Source: Candidatus Actinomarinales bacterium
GTDB taxonomy: Bacteria; Actinomycetota; Acidimicrobiia; Actinomarinales; Actinomarinaceae
NCBI GenBank assembly: GCA_004213405.1
Contig: SGYR01000001.1
Coordinates: 80,859 to 144,858, forward strand
Length of the DNA: 64,000 nt
Direction of reading: 5' to 3'
Part shown: one piece after another, positions 19,877 through 29,216 of the stretch
How the letters are laid out: each line of letters begins with the position of its first letter
Position numbering within the stretch: the first letter of the stretch is position 1
Translations under genes and position numbers: made by a program
The notes under the pieces: model-generated
Database searches by the model: none
What the model saw: the letters and a program-made list of their open reading frames with translations, nothing else
Told to the model about the DNA's origin: nothing

Positions 19877-20725
19877 ATGACATATTTTAAAAACAAAACA
19901 GTAATTATGAGCGGAGGCTCTCGTGGAGTAGGTCTCGAAATAGCAAAGGCACTAGGAAAAGATGGGGCAAATATTGCAATTTTAGCAAAAACAACAGAAC
20001 CTCATCCAACTCTTCCAGGAACAATTTTCACCGCAGCAGAAGAGATTCAGCAAGTTGGAGGTAATGCGCTGCCAATAGTTTGTGATATTAGGTTCGAAGA
20101 GCAAGTAGAGGCTGCTGTAGAAGAAACTGCAAGCAAGTTTGGTGGCATTGATATTTGTATCAATAATGCAAGTGCTATACACCTAACTGACACTGTTAAT
20201 ACCCCAATGAAAAGATACGACTTGATGCACAATATTAATGTACGCGGAACTTTTATGTTAAGTCAAAAATGCATACCCCATCTTAAAAATGGAGATAATC
20301 CACATATTTTGACACTCTCTCCTCCTTTAGATATAGAACGTAAGTGGTTTGGTATGACTCTTGCTTACACAACAGCAAAATATGGAATGTCTTTAGTGGC
20401 ACATGGTCTAGCTGAAGAACTTGGAAAACATAATGTTGCATCCAATTGCCTTTGGCCAAGAACCTCACTTGACACAGCAGCTGTAAGAAACGTTATCGGT
20501 GCTGAGTTAATAAAGGGTTCGAGAAAACCTTCTATTTATGCAGATGCTGCTTATGCAGTGCTGAAAAGAGACTCCTCTACTTGTACAGGTAATTTCTTTT
20601 TAGATCAAGATGTTCTTGAAGAAGAAGGTGTTTCTGATTTTGATCAATATGCAATCGATCCAGAGGCAACTTTGGTGTCTGATTTTTTTGTTGATGATAA
20701 TCCTGAAGGTTGGATACAAGCTTAA
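19877..20725 (+). CDS. SDR-family oxidoreductase
   Basis: 282 aa. SGGSRGVGLEIA (TGxxxGxG-like), NNAS, and YTTAKYG (YxxxK) motifs. Confidence 0.85.
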   Translation: MTYFKNKTVIMSGGSRGVGLEIAKALGKDGANIAILAKTTEPHPTLPGTIFTAAEEIQQVGGNALPIVCDIRFEEQVEAAVEETASKFGGIDICINNASAIHLTDTVNTPMKRYDLMHNINVRGTFMLSQKCIPHLKNGDNPHILTLSPPLDIERKWFGMTLAYTTAKYGMSLVAHGLAEELGKHNVASNCLWPRTSLDTAAVRNVIGAELIKGSRKPSIYADAAYAVLKRDSSTCTGNFFLDQDVLEEEGVSDFDQYAIDPEATLVSDFFVDDNPEGWIQA

Positions 20726-20952
20726 TTTCCTAAGAAATCAATAACACTTTCCCAACCCTTAGACACGCCTTTATAAAATTCTGTATATTGACAATTTGTA
20801 CAGGTAATCGCTAGAAATTTTCGATTTTGAATATTCATAAAACGTGACCAAGTTTTTCCAGTCATAGTAACTGTGTCTTCTGTAAAGCTAGTAGATTCAC
20901 ATTTTGGACACGTCCATACTTTTTTTTGTACTGGATATCTTTCTTGTTCCAT
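20722..20952 (-). CDS. zinc-ribbon domain protein (DUF2082 / Zn_ribbon_13-like)
   Basis: 76 aa. CPKC...CTNCQYTEFYK with an intervening MNIQNRKF, matching this small zinc-ribbon family by recollection. Confidence 0.65.
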   Translation of the reverse strand: MEQERYPVQKKVWTCPKCESTSFTEDTVTMTGKTWSRFMNIQNRKFLAITCTNCQYTEFYKGVSKGWESVIDFLGN

Positions 20953-21026
20953 ATTTCTAATAATAATGAATTAATCTTATATTTCATTTAAATGGACTGG
21001 TAAATATTACAGGGGTAAAATTTAGT

Positions 21027-22994
21027 ATGTCTAAATTTTTTAGGATCTTATTCCTCTCTACATTGTTATTCTTGTTTGCTTGTGGCTCAGAAGAAGCTGC
21101 TAATGTTGATCCTAAAATTGTAAAAGTTGTTGATGATGAGTTTTCGCCAAGAGTTTTACGTGTTGAGCCAGGCACAACAGTAATTTGGGAATCTGGAGGG
21201 GCTAACAATCACAATGTAATTGCCAGTGATGGCAGTTGGCAAGCTATATCTTCAGACTATTTTGAGTATGGAATTATAACTAAAGGCGACCAATATGAAC
21301 ACACCTTTAATGAACCTGGTGTTTATGAATATTACTGTCCATATCATGGAACAAATAATAAAGGGATGGTTGGAACAATAGTTGTTGGCGACGTGGATTA
21401 TACAGAAACTGTTGAGGCCGTCTCTATTACTTTGACTGACAATGTTCTTAAAGTTGGAAAAAACGAACAGTACACAACAATTCAAGATGCTGTAGATAGC
21501 GCAAACACTGGTGACTTAGTTTTAATTAGTCCCGGGGTGTATAACGAAAGCGTCACAGTTACCACCTCGTATTTAACCCTAAGAGGCACCGACAGAAATA
21601 AAGTCATAATTGATGGAGAGTTTATGAGGGAGAATGGTATTCAAATCTATGAAACAGATGGGGTAACAGTTGAAAATCTCTCTGTCAGAAATTTTTCATT
21701 AAATGGTGTCTACTGGAATACATCAAAAGGTTTTAAAGGTTCTTACCTCACTGTTTATAACAATGGTGATTATGGAGTCTATGCATTTAATTCAACAGAT
21801 GGTGTGTTTGATAATGTATATGCATCAGGACATCCTGATAGTGGAATTTATATTGGACAGTGTTATCCATGTAACTCGTTAATTTTTGATAATGTCATCG
21901 AAGGAAATGCTTTAGGTTACTCGGGAACTAATGCAGGAGGTCACTTGTATCTTTATAACAATATATGGAGAGACAATATGTCAGGGATAGTGCCAAATAC
22001 TCTTGACTCCGAGCTAAATCCACCAGGGCGAGAAACAACAATTGTAGGAAATTTGGTCATAGACAATAACAACTATGAAGCTCCAACAAATCGATTTGGT
22101 GTTGTTGCAAAAGGAATGGGGATAGTTGTGCCTGGAAGAGTAGGTGACATAATAGAAAAAAATTTGGTTGTTAACCATGACAGGTACGGTATTGTCGCAA
22201 GTCCAATGTTGGATGCTAATTTATATTTTTCACAACATGTGAGTGTAAAGGACAACGTTGTTTTAGATTCTGGATACACTGACTTAGCTCTTGCTGGACC
22301 ATGGGGTCCAGGAAATTGTTTTGAGGACAATGTTTACCAAACAAGTACCCCACCACTTTTAGAGCAACTTCATAACTGTTCATCAATAGAATCTTCAAAC
22401 TTGATTGCAAGGTTTCCTTTACAGGGAGATCCATCGGGTTTAATGATGCTTGCTGGGTTTTTTGCTGATGCCCAAACAACAGAACTTGATAAAAACAGAT
22501 ATAAAGAGTACCCATGGCCAAAGGAACAAGAAAACATGCAATTTGCAGATATCAATAAGCCTTCCCCTGCAATAGATTTGTTTTATGTACCTGATTTAGA
22601 CTCTATTCAGGTACCAACAAACTTACTAAATGAAGACTTAGAAAATTACTACAATTCTGAAAAGGAGATAATTATGAGCGGAGTGCCTATTTCTAGCCCT
22701 ACAATATGGCAGTTATTGTTTCAACTTTACGGTTACTTGATGCCGTTTGTGTTGTATGCTGCTTGGGCTGCTTTAGCAATAAAAGATATTGACTCTAACG
22801 AGAGGGTTAATGGGAGTATGAAGTATGTTTGGTTGGGTGTTGTTTACCTAGTTCCATTCTTTGGAGTTTTGGTTTATCACCTTGCCGGACCTAGTGCAAT
22901 TTCTCGTAGTATGAAACTTGCTGCCATAGTCGGTGGTTTGTTTAGCTACATCGCAATCCTGGTTGCAGGAGCAGTAATTAGCGGACTTGTATAA
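21027..22994 (+). CDS. lipoprotein with N-terminal cupredoxin domain, parallel beta-helix (NosD-like) repeats and C-terminal PLDc_N-type two-TM domain
   Basis: 655 aa. Lipobox LFLFACGS. Type-1 copper ligand pattern H(NNHN)...YYCPYHGTNNKGM. Repeated G/N-rich beta-helix turns (GIYIGQC, NVIEGNALGYSG, NNIWRDNMSGIV). C-terminal WLGVVYLVPFFGVLVYHLAGP. Confidence 0.7.
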   Translation: MSKFFRILFLSTLLFLFACGSEEAANVDPKIVKVVDDEFSPRVLRVEPGTTVIWESGGANNHNVIASDGSWQAISSDYFEYGIITKGDQYEHTFNEPGVYEYYCPYHGTNNKGMVGTIVVGDVDYTETVEAVSITLTDNVLKVGKNEQYTTIQDAVDSANTGDLVLISPGVYNESVTVTTSYLTLRGTDRNKVIIDGEFMRENGIQIYETDGVTVENLSVRNFSLNGVYWNTSKGFKGSYLTVYNNGDYGVYAFNSTDGVFDNVYASGHPDSGIYIGQCYPCNSLIFDNVIEGNALGYSGTNAGGHLYLYNNIWRDNMSGIVPNTLDSELNPPGRETTIVGNLVIDNNNYEAPTNRFGVVAKGMGIVVPGRVGDIIEKNLVVNHDRYGIVASPMLDANLYFSQHVSVKDNVVLDSGYTDLALAGPWGPGNCFEDNVYQTSTPPLLEQLHNCSSIESSNLIARFPLQGDPSGLMMLAGFFADAQTTELDKNRYKEYPWPKEQENMQFADINKPSPAIDLFYVPDLDSIQVPTNLLNEDLENYYNSEKEIIMSGVPISSPTIWQLLFQLYGYLMPFVLYAAWAALAIKDIDSNERVNGSMKYVWLGVVYLVPFFGVLVYHLAGPSAISRSMKLAAIVGGLFSYIAILVAGAVISGLV

Positions 22995-23011
22995 TTAAAG
23001 ATTCTTAATTC

Positions 23012-23863
23012 ATGTTGTTTAAGAATATTCTTTGCTTTGGAACTTTAAATCCTGATTTAATTTACTTTGTTGATGAGTTGCCAGGTAAAGGCGACGACAT
23101 TCGCAGTTTAAACTCTTCTATTAGGCCAGGAGGGACTGCTATAAATTGTTCGGAATTAATTTCTCTTTGGAACAAATCTGTTCATGTTAGAGGAAATAGT
23201 ATTGGTAGTGACCCTATGGGTAAATACTTAGTTGACTATCTAAAAGAAAATAACATAAATTTTGATGGTTTAATAATCAATGAGTCATTAACTCCAACAT
23301 GTTCTATTTTTGTAGATTCTTCTGGTGAAAGAACAATAATCTCATCAGGATATGAAGGTCTTGAGTGGAGTAATTTTGAAAATTTAAACAACTTTGATTC
23401 ATTGATTATAGATAGGTACTCTATTAAGTTCATTAAAGATAAACTAAAAGATCTCAAAAAACAAAATAATTTGTTTGTTTGCCAAGCAGGTTATGAATAT
23501 GAAATTAATTACAAATTAGACTTTCTAATAGTCAGCAAAGATGAAATAAGTGTTGATGAAGCTAATAATCTTATAGATTCAAAAACTGTAAAGTATATAC
23601 TTTTAACATCCTCAAACTTGCCAGCAAGACTACTGAGTGCAGAAGGGGCTATAGAAATAGTTCCTCCAGACTTTAAAACTATAAATTCAAATGGTGCTGG
23701 CGATGCAACTGCAGCATATATTGCAGCTTTTGGTGTAAACGACTTAATTCCAAATATAAAAAAAGCCTGTGCAGCAGGTGCTATCGTAGCTGGAACAAAT
23801 GATAAACCTACAGTTGAAAAAATTGAGGAAATATCACAGCTTGTAGACGTAAACCCTCGCTAG
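23012..23863 (+). CDS. PfkB-family carbohydrate/nucleoside kinase
   Basis: 283 aa. Ribokinase-like N-terminus (GTLNPDLIY...PGGTAINC) and C-terminal NGAGDATAAYIAAF anion-hole motif. Confidence 0.75.
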   Translation: MLFKNILCFGTLNPDLIYFVDELPGKGDDIRSLNSSIRPGGTAINCSELISLWNKSVHVRGNSIGSDPMGKYLVDYLKENNINFDGLIINESLTPTCSIFVDSSGERTIISSGYEGLEWSNFENLNNFDSLIIDRYSIKFIKDKLKDLKKQNNLFVCQAGYEYEINYKLDFLIVSKDEISVDEANNLIDSKTVKYILLTSSNLPARLLSAEGAIEIVPPDFKTINSNGAGDATAAYIAAFGVNDLIPNIKKACAAGAIVAGTNDKPTVEKIEEISQLVDVNPR

Positions 23864-23904
23864 CAATTTATACTTTTTAGAAATATCTACTAAAATGATA
23901 ACTT

Positions 23905-25695
23905 ATGGCAGTTCCCTATAAAGCTCCAGTTAAAGATATCGTTTTTGGTTATGAAGTTATAGATTCTTATAATGTTCTAAATAAAATTTCAGCATTTAGT
24001 GATTTTTCAGAAGATATTGTTATTCCAACAATGGAAGAGTGTGCTAAATTCTCTGAAGAAGTCCTAGCACCAATAAATGCCCTTGGAGATCAACAAGGAG
24101 CAACGATTAAAGATGGGGTTGTAACCATGCCTGAAGAGTTTGTTGAAGCTTATCAAAAATTTGCAGAAGCAGGGTGGGCCTCAATATCTCTTCCATCTGA
24201 TATTGGTGGTGGTGGAATGCCTATAACGTTGTCTGGTGGAACTTTAGAAATTCTTAGTACAGCCAATTTAGCTTTTGGTTTGGCACCGGGTTTAAGTGCT
24301 GGTGCAATTTCTGCTATAAATTTTCACGGCAGCCAAGAACAAAAAGATAAATTTTTACCAAAACTTGTCTCAGGTGAATGGACAGGAACAATGAATTTGA
24401 GTGAGCCTCAATCAGGGTCAGATCTCGGAACGATTACTACAAAGGCTGAGCCTCAAGAGGATGGTTCGTATAAAATAACGGGCACAAAAGTTTGGATTAC
24501 ATTTGGTGAACATAATATGACAGAAAATATAATTCACCTTGTTTTGGCTAAAGTTCCTGGATCTCCTGAAGGAACCAAAGGTATCTCTATGTTTATAGTG
24601 CCAAAATATACAGTTTATGATGATGGATCTGTAGGTGATTCAAATAATGTAAGCTGTATATCTATTGAAGAAAAGCTGGGAATTCATGCAAGTCCGACTT
24701 GTGTTATGGAATATGATGGTTCTGTTGGTTATTTAGTTGGAGAAGAGAACCGAGGTCTTAACTATATGTTTACGATGATGAACGAAGCTCGTGTATGGGT
24801 AGGTGGACAAGGATTAGCATGTGCTTCAGGTTCATTGCAGGGTGCTGCTCAATACGCTAGAGACCGAGTACAAGGAAGACCTGTAGGGATGTCTAAGGAA
24901 GACGCTAAAAATTCAACAATTATTGATCATGCAGATGTCAGAAGAATGCTTATGACAATTAAAGCATATGTCGATGCAATGAGATACCTCATGTATGATA
25001 ACCAGTTAATGCTTGATGTTGAGTACTTTGGAGAAGATGAAGAAATGAAAGCATTTGGTGAAGAAAGGTGTGGAATATTGACACCTATAACTAAAGCTTG
25101 GATATCTGATCTTGGAGTTGAATTGTCTAATATTGCAATCCAAGTCTATGGAGGCATGGGCTATGTTGAAGAAACAGGAGTAGCTCAGTACTTACGTGAT
25201 GCAAGAATAGCTCCAATTTATGAAGGAACAAATGGAATTCAAGCATTAGATTTAATGTTTAGAAAGCTACCTCTTGATAATGGTCAAGCAATGCAAAGGC
25301 TTCTATCAGATGTCAATAAAGTTATCGATGAAATGAAGCAAGATGATGAGGAACTTGTATCAATGGCTGAAAAGCTTGAAAAAGAAGTGAATACATTATC
25401 TGAAATAACTTTATGGCTTGGTTCTAAAATGCTTGAGGGAGAGTTGGTTGATGCAAGTGCTGGTGCCACACCATATTTGAAAATGTTTGGTCAAGTTTTA
25501 GGTGGGTACTATATGGGTAAAGCTGCAATTCTTGCAAACAAAAAGTTTAAAGAAACTGGTGATGAATTTTACAAAGACAAACTAACATTATCGAAATTTT
25601 ATATAGAACAACTACTGCCTTTAGCTTCAGGATACGCATCATCTATAACAGCAGGTAAAGATGATTTGTACGCAATGAAGGCTGAAAACTTCTAA
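23905..25695 (+). CDS. fadE: acyl-CoA dehydrogenase (long form with C-terminal helical domain)
   Basis: 596 aa. LSEPQSGSDLG, and YGGMGYVEETGVAQYLRDARIAPIYEGTNGIQ. Confidence 0.9.
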   Translation: MAVPYKAPVKDIVFGYEVIDSYNVLNKISAFSDFSEDIVIPTMEECAKFSEEVLAPINALGDQQGATIKDGVVTMPEEFVEAYQKFAEAGWASISLPSDIGGGGMPITLSGGTLEILSTANLAFGLAPGLSAGAISAINFHGSQEQKDKFLPKLVSGEWTGTMNLSEPQSGSDLGTITTKAEPQEDGSYKITGTKVWITFGEHNMTENIIHLVLAKVPGSPEGTKGISMFIVPKYTVYDDGSVGDSNNVSCISIEEKLGIHASPTCVMEYDGSVGYLVGEENRGLNYMFTMMNEARVWVGGQGLACASGSLQGAAQYARDRVQGRPVGMSKEDAKNSTIIDHADVRRMLMTIKAYVDAMRYLMYDNQLMLDVEYFGEDEEMKAFGEERCGILTPITKAWISDLGVELSNIAIQVYGGMGYVEETGVAQYLRDARIAPIYEGTNGIQALDLMFRKLPLDNGQAMQRLLSDVNKVIDEMKQDDEELVSMAEKLEKEVNTLSEITLWLGSKMLEGELVDASAGATPYLKMFGQVLGGYYMGKAAILANKKFKETGDEFYKDKLTLSKFYIEQLLPLASGYASSITAGKDDLYAMKAENF

Positions 25696-26088
25696 TTGAT
25701 TGATTCATTAAAAAACAAAAATAACCTAATTGCTCTCATAGGAGCAAGTAATGATAAAAATAAATACGGAAATAAGATTTTATTAGACTTAGTATCAAAA
25801 GGTCATAATGTTGTTCCTGTAAACCCCAAAGAAACAATCATCGCTGGTTTAAAGTCATACAACAATGTTTCTGAACTGAGTGAAAACCCATCAATAATTA
25901 ATTTTGTAGTGCCACCCAGTATTGGCTTTGAATTAACTAAAGACCTAGTTGAATCAGGTCATGATAACTTCTGGTATCAGCCTGGTGCAGAGAGTTTAGA
26001 AATTTCTTCGTATTTAGAATCTAATAATAAAAATTATATAGATGACAAATGCATAATGGTTGTCACAAGACTAGCCGATAATTACTAA
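25696..26088 (+). CDS. CoA-binding domain protein (YccU/YneT-like)
   Basis: 130 aa. IALIGASNDKNKYGN...GHNVVPVNPK pattern. TTG start directly after the fadE stop. Confidence 0.7.
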   Translation: MIDSLKNKNNLIALIGASNDKNKYGNKILLDLVSKGHNVVPVNPKETIIAGLKSYNNVSELSENPSIINFVVPPSIGFELTKDLVESGHDNFWYQPGAESLEISSYLESNNKNYIDDKCIMVVTRLADNY

Positions 26089-27110
26089 TCTTCTAGCTCT
26101 TTATTTACGCTATCTAATTCTTCGAATGATTTCTCAAGTTTATTTACTCTAGTAGTTTTTAACGCCTCAAAAGATTTTACAGTTTGATCTAGTCTCTTAG
26201 TTACATCGTCAAAAGATTCAATAAACTTTCTAATTTCCACTTTAATTTTTTCATGAGTGGCCAAAATGTTTTTTGTATCAGTTTGTAAACTGAATAGTTT
26301 CATTGAGTGCCTTATGGTCTCAAGATAAGCCATTAATGTCTGGGGACTTACTAATATAACTTTTTTAGAGAAAGCATACTGAATAACAGGTGTTCTGTTC
26401 GCACCGATTTCTGAAGTTAATAAAAAGTGATATAAGTTTTCAAGTGGTATGTACATTAAAACAAAATCAACAGTACCTTCTTCAGCTGATATGTACCCTT
26501 CTCTTGAAGATGTATCATCAATTTTGGTTTTGATTGATTTATCTAAAAACTCCTTATTTTTATTTCTAATAGATTCAGTTATTTCTTTTCTTGCTAACTC
26601 GTCAAGAGTTTCATCTTCAAGGTCTCTGTTTAATTTGGCTATCTCCATATAGTTGGTTAATGGAAATTTTGAATCCATATTTATTGTTTTATTTTCAGGA
26701 AGATAAAATGTGAAATCAGGAATTGTACCACTCGACATTCTTTTTTGGGTTTGGTAATGGAGTCCCTCTTTATACTCCATAATTTCTAGCAAATCTTCGA
26801 CCTGAAACTCTGCCCATTGCCCTCTGCTTTGGTTATTATTTAATACAGATATTAAATTTCTAGTTTGCTGATCAACTCCAGTTATAGAGGACTTAATTTC
26901 ACCAGTCTTCTCTAAAAAATCTTTTACTGTCTGATCAGACCTGTTGAGTAATTTGTATATTTGGGATTCTTCATTTTCAATTATTTCACTTACAATCCCT
27001 TTAATTAAATACTCATCATCTTTATTGTCTTCTTCAGTTTCTTTTCTTGTTACAAAATAAAGATTGGCAAGTAAGAGGATAACTATTAAACCATAAAATA
27101 TATTTTCCAT
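26085..27110 (-). CDS. rmuC: DNA recombination protein RmuC
   Basis: 341 aa. N-terminal TM helix, coiled coil, then the RmuC core (RGQWAEFQVEDLLE...IPDFTFYLPE...DSKFPL...VLMYIP). Confidence 0.8.
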   Translation of the reverse strand: MENIFYGLIVILLLANLYFVTRKETEEDNKDDEYLIKGIVSEIIENEESQIYKLLNRSDQTVKDFLEKTGEIKSSITGVDQQTRNLISVLNNNQSRGQWAEFQVEDLLEIMEYKEGLHYQTQKRMSSGTIPDFTFYLPENKTINMDSKFPLTNYMEIAKLNRDLEDETLDELARKEITESIRNKNKEFLDKSIKTKIDDTSSREGYISAEEGTVDFVLMYIPLENLYHFLLTSEIGANRTPVIQYAFSKKVILVSPQTLMAYLETIRHSMKLFSLQTDTKNILATHEKIKVEIRKFIESFDDVTKRLDQTVKSFEALKTTRVNKLEKSFEELDSVNKELED

Positions 27111-27162
27111 AATTTAAGAATAGCAATATAGCAAGACAGTTTATGTTGTAAGTATTATTTAG

Positions 27163-28296
27163 TTAAACAGTGTCGAATATTTTTTGAAAACTAAATTTAA
27201 AATTATCTGAAGAATAATTAGATAAAATGAATTCTTTTGCATTTATCCCAACAGAAGTTGCTTCATTATAATTTTGAATCACATGGTTTATTTTTTTTAT
27301 CATGGAATCTAAATTATTACTCTCAAATACATAACCTGTTTGTCCGTCTATGACTATGTCTTGCATTCCAGGGGCGTCTGTAACAAGCACAGGACATGCT
27401 GTTACTTGGGACTCAAATATTACCCTTGCTAGGCCCTCTGATACCGAAGGAAGAATCATTAAGTTATTTTCAGAGTAAAACTTTTTCACTTCATCTCTAT
27501 TTTTATTTCCATGAATAAAAACTCTATCTTCAACATTTTGAGATTTTATTTTTTCTTTTAGACTTTCTAGATAGTTTTGATTGGGTGTTGGGCCTACTAT
27601 ATTCAGTTCAACCTGATCACTAATTAACTCAGGCAAGGCATCGATAATCATATGAGGTTTTTTTCTATCAGTCACACTTCCTATAAAGAGTATTTTAAAT
27701 TTTTCACTACCATCTCTCAAGGGTTCGATGTTGCTAAATATTTCAAAATCTATCCATGCTGGAAATCTTACAACACGCTTCGATGGATTAAAAGACAGTG
27801 CTTGCTCCTCTGTAGAAGAAGAAACTGCTCTCAACATATCAGCACAATTTATAGTATAAGATGCCATCTTGGAAAATAAATTTTTATATAAATTTGGAAA
27901 TGTTAGATTTTTTTCTAACTCCAAAGTATTTATAAAATCTCCATGTGATTCGACGACTATTTTTACATCTTTATACTTCTTTTTGATTTTATAAACACCC
28001 AGAAAACTTGTTACCGGATCTTGAAATGTAACTATTTCAATTTCATATTGGGATATTAATTTTGGTATTTGAAAATAAGATACAAAAAATATTTTCAAAT
28101 AGTTAAAAATTCTTGATTTGTTTTTTTTATTTAAATAAAAAGTTGTATCTGATTCAGTATGTATTTTTTTTTGGCTTGAGAATGCAAGAACTGTAACATT
28201 TGCGACTTCACTTAAATTATCGTACTTTTTTTTTATATTTTCATTTAAAGGTAAGTCATAAAAAGTTGGAGAGAAAAATAGTACATTTTTTTTCAT
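27163..28296 (-). CDS. glycosyltransferase, GT4 family (GT-B fold)
   Basis: 377 aa. C-terminal EGLARVIFE (E-x7-E) motif and LFIGSV...KKPH pattern. Its ATG overlaps the stop of the upstream hydrolase (ATGA). Confidence 0.8.
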   Translation of the reverse strand: MKKNVLFFSPTFYDLPLNENIKKKYDNLSEVANVTVLAFSSQKKIHTESDTTFYLNKKNKSRIFNYLKIFFVSYFQIPKLISQYEIEIVTFQDPVTSFLGVYKIKKKYKDVKIVVESHGDFINTLELEKNLTFPNLYKNLFSKMASYTINCADMLRAVSSSTEEQALSFNPSKRVVRFPAWIDFEIFSNIEPLRDGSEKFKILFIGSVTDRKKPHMIIDALPELISDQVELNIVGPTPNQNYLESLKEKIKSQNVEDRVFIHGNKNRDEVKKFYSENNLMILPSVSEGLARVIFESQVTACPVLVTDAPGMQDIVIDGQTGYVFESNNLDSMIKKINHVIQNYNEATSVGINAKEFILSNYSSDNFKFSFQKIFDTV

Positions 28297-29216
28297 AAAC
28301 TAAAAAATTCTCTAAGTTCTGTTAATAGATCTTCTTCGTGTGTCCATGGAACTGAGTGGCCAGCATCAGGAAAAGTTTTCACTTTTACTTCGTTTAATCT
28401 CTTAACTACATCATTTGAAGTTTCTTCTGGTACAAGTTTATCTCTACCCCCAGTAATTACTAGGGTCTCAGCTTCAATTTCTTGTATCCAAGACCTTGCA
28501 TCATAAGGAACAACAAATCTTCCCCCATCTGAGTAAATGAAGTCATCTTTTGATTTATGCAGATTATTCCATGCCCACTCTGTATATTCATCGTTAATAG
28601 AGTTTGATTTTTTTAAAAATGAAAACTTAGATTTTGGATTGAAATTAGGGAATAATCTTTCTCTTATTCTTACAAAACTAACAAATATTTTAAATGCTAC
28701 TTTATCGCTATACACAGCACCACCAAGCCAGCTAAAAGGTGTAATTAAAACTAATTTATTTACTAATGGCTTATTTTTTTTAGCAATTGACATTGCAACT
28801 GCACTTCCCATTGACCAACCAACAATATTGCAACTTGAAATGCCAAGCTCTTTTAGAATGCTAATAACAACATCGGCATTTTCATCTACGTCCCACCTGT
28901 CCCAACTAGCATCAGACTTTCCATGATTACGCATGTCTATAGCAACAAAAGAGGTTTCATTTTTAATTTTAGGCAATATTTTAAACCAGCTTCCTAGGGA
29001 GTCTGACCCCCAGCTGTGGAGAAATATTATAGGAGTTGTGCCGTCTATGATATTTTCTCTAATAAAGTATTCTTTTTCTCTTATGAATACAGTCCTGCCT
29101 GGAATTTTACTTGGGTGAATTTGTGTAGTTCCTGCAGATTGGCTCTTTTTGGTCTCAAGTAGGCTTTTTGTTACTGCAGTAAAAGCAAAAATTTTAGTTA
29201 GTGTTTTAATCATCAA
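28293..29216 (-). CDS. alpha/beta-fold hydrolase
   Basis: 307 aa. IIFLHSWGSD oxyanion region, GWSMGS nucleophile elbow, and C-terminal DAGHSVPWTH. The start (TTG 29216 or ATG 29213) overlaps the selD stop. Confidence 0.8.
   Translation of the reverse strand: MMIKTLTKIFAFTAVTKSLLETKKSQSAGTTQIHPSKIPGRTVFIREKEYFIRENIIDGTTPIIFLHSWGSDSLGSWFKILPKIKNETSFVAIDMRNHGKSDASWDRWDVDENADVVISILKELGISSCNIVGWSMGSAVAMSIAKKNKPLVNKLVLITPFSWLGGAVYSDKVAFKIFVSFVRIRERLFPNFNPKSKFSFLKKSNSINDEYTEWAWNNLHKSKDDFIYSDGGRFVVPYDARSWIQEIEAETLVITGGRDKLVPEETSNDVVKRLNEVKVKTFPDAGHSVPWTHEEDLLTELREFFSL

Noticed and set aside
28160-28296. A/T homopolymer runs of 8-9 nt in the 5' part of the GT4 gene as possible phase-variation tracts
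   Set aside because: They are strings of AAA lysine codons, which are common throughout this AT-rich window. They show no length anomaly or repeat-unit structure specific to this gene.
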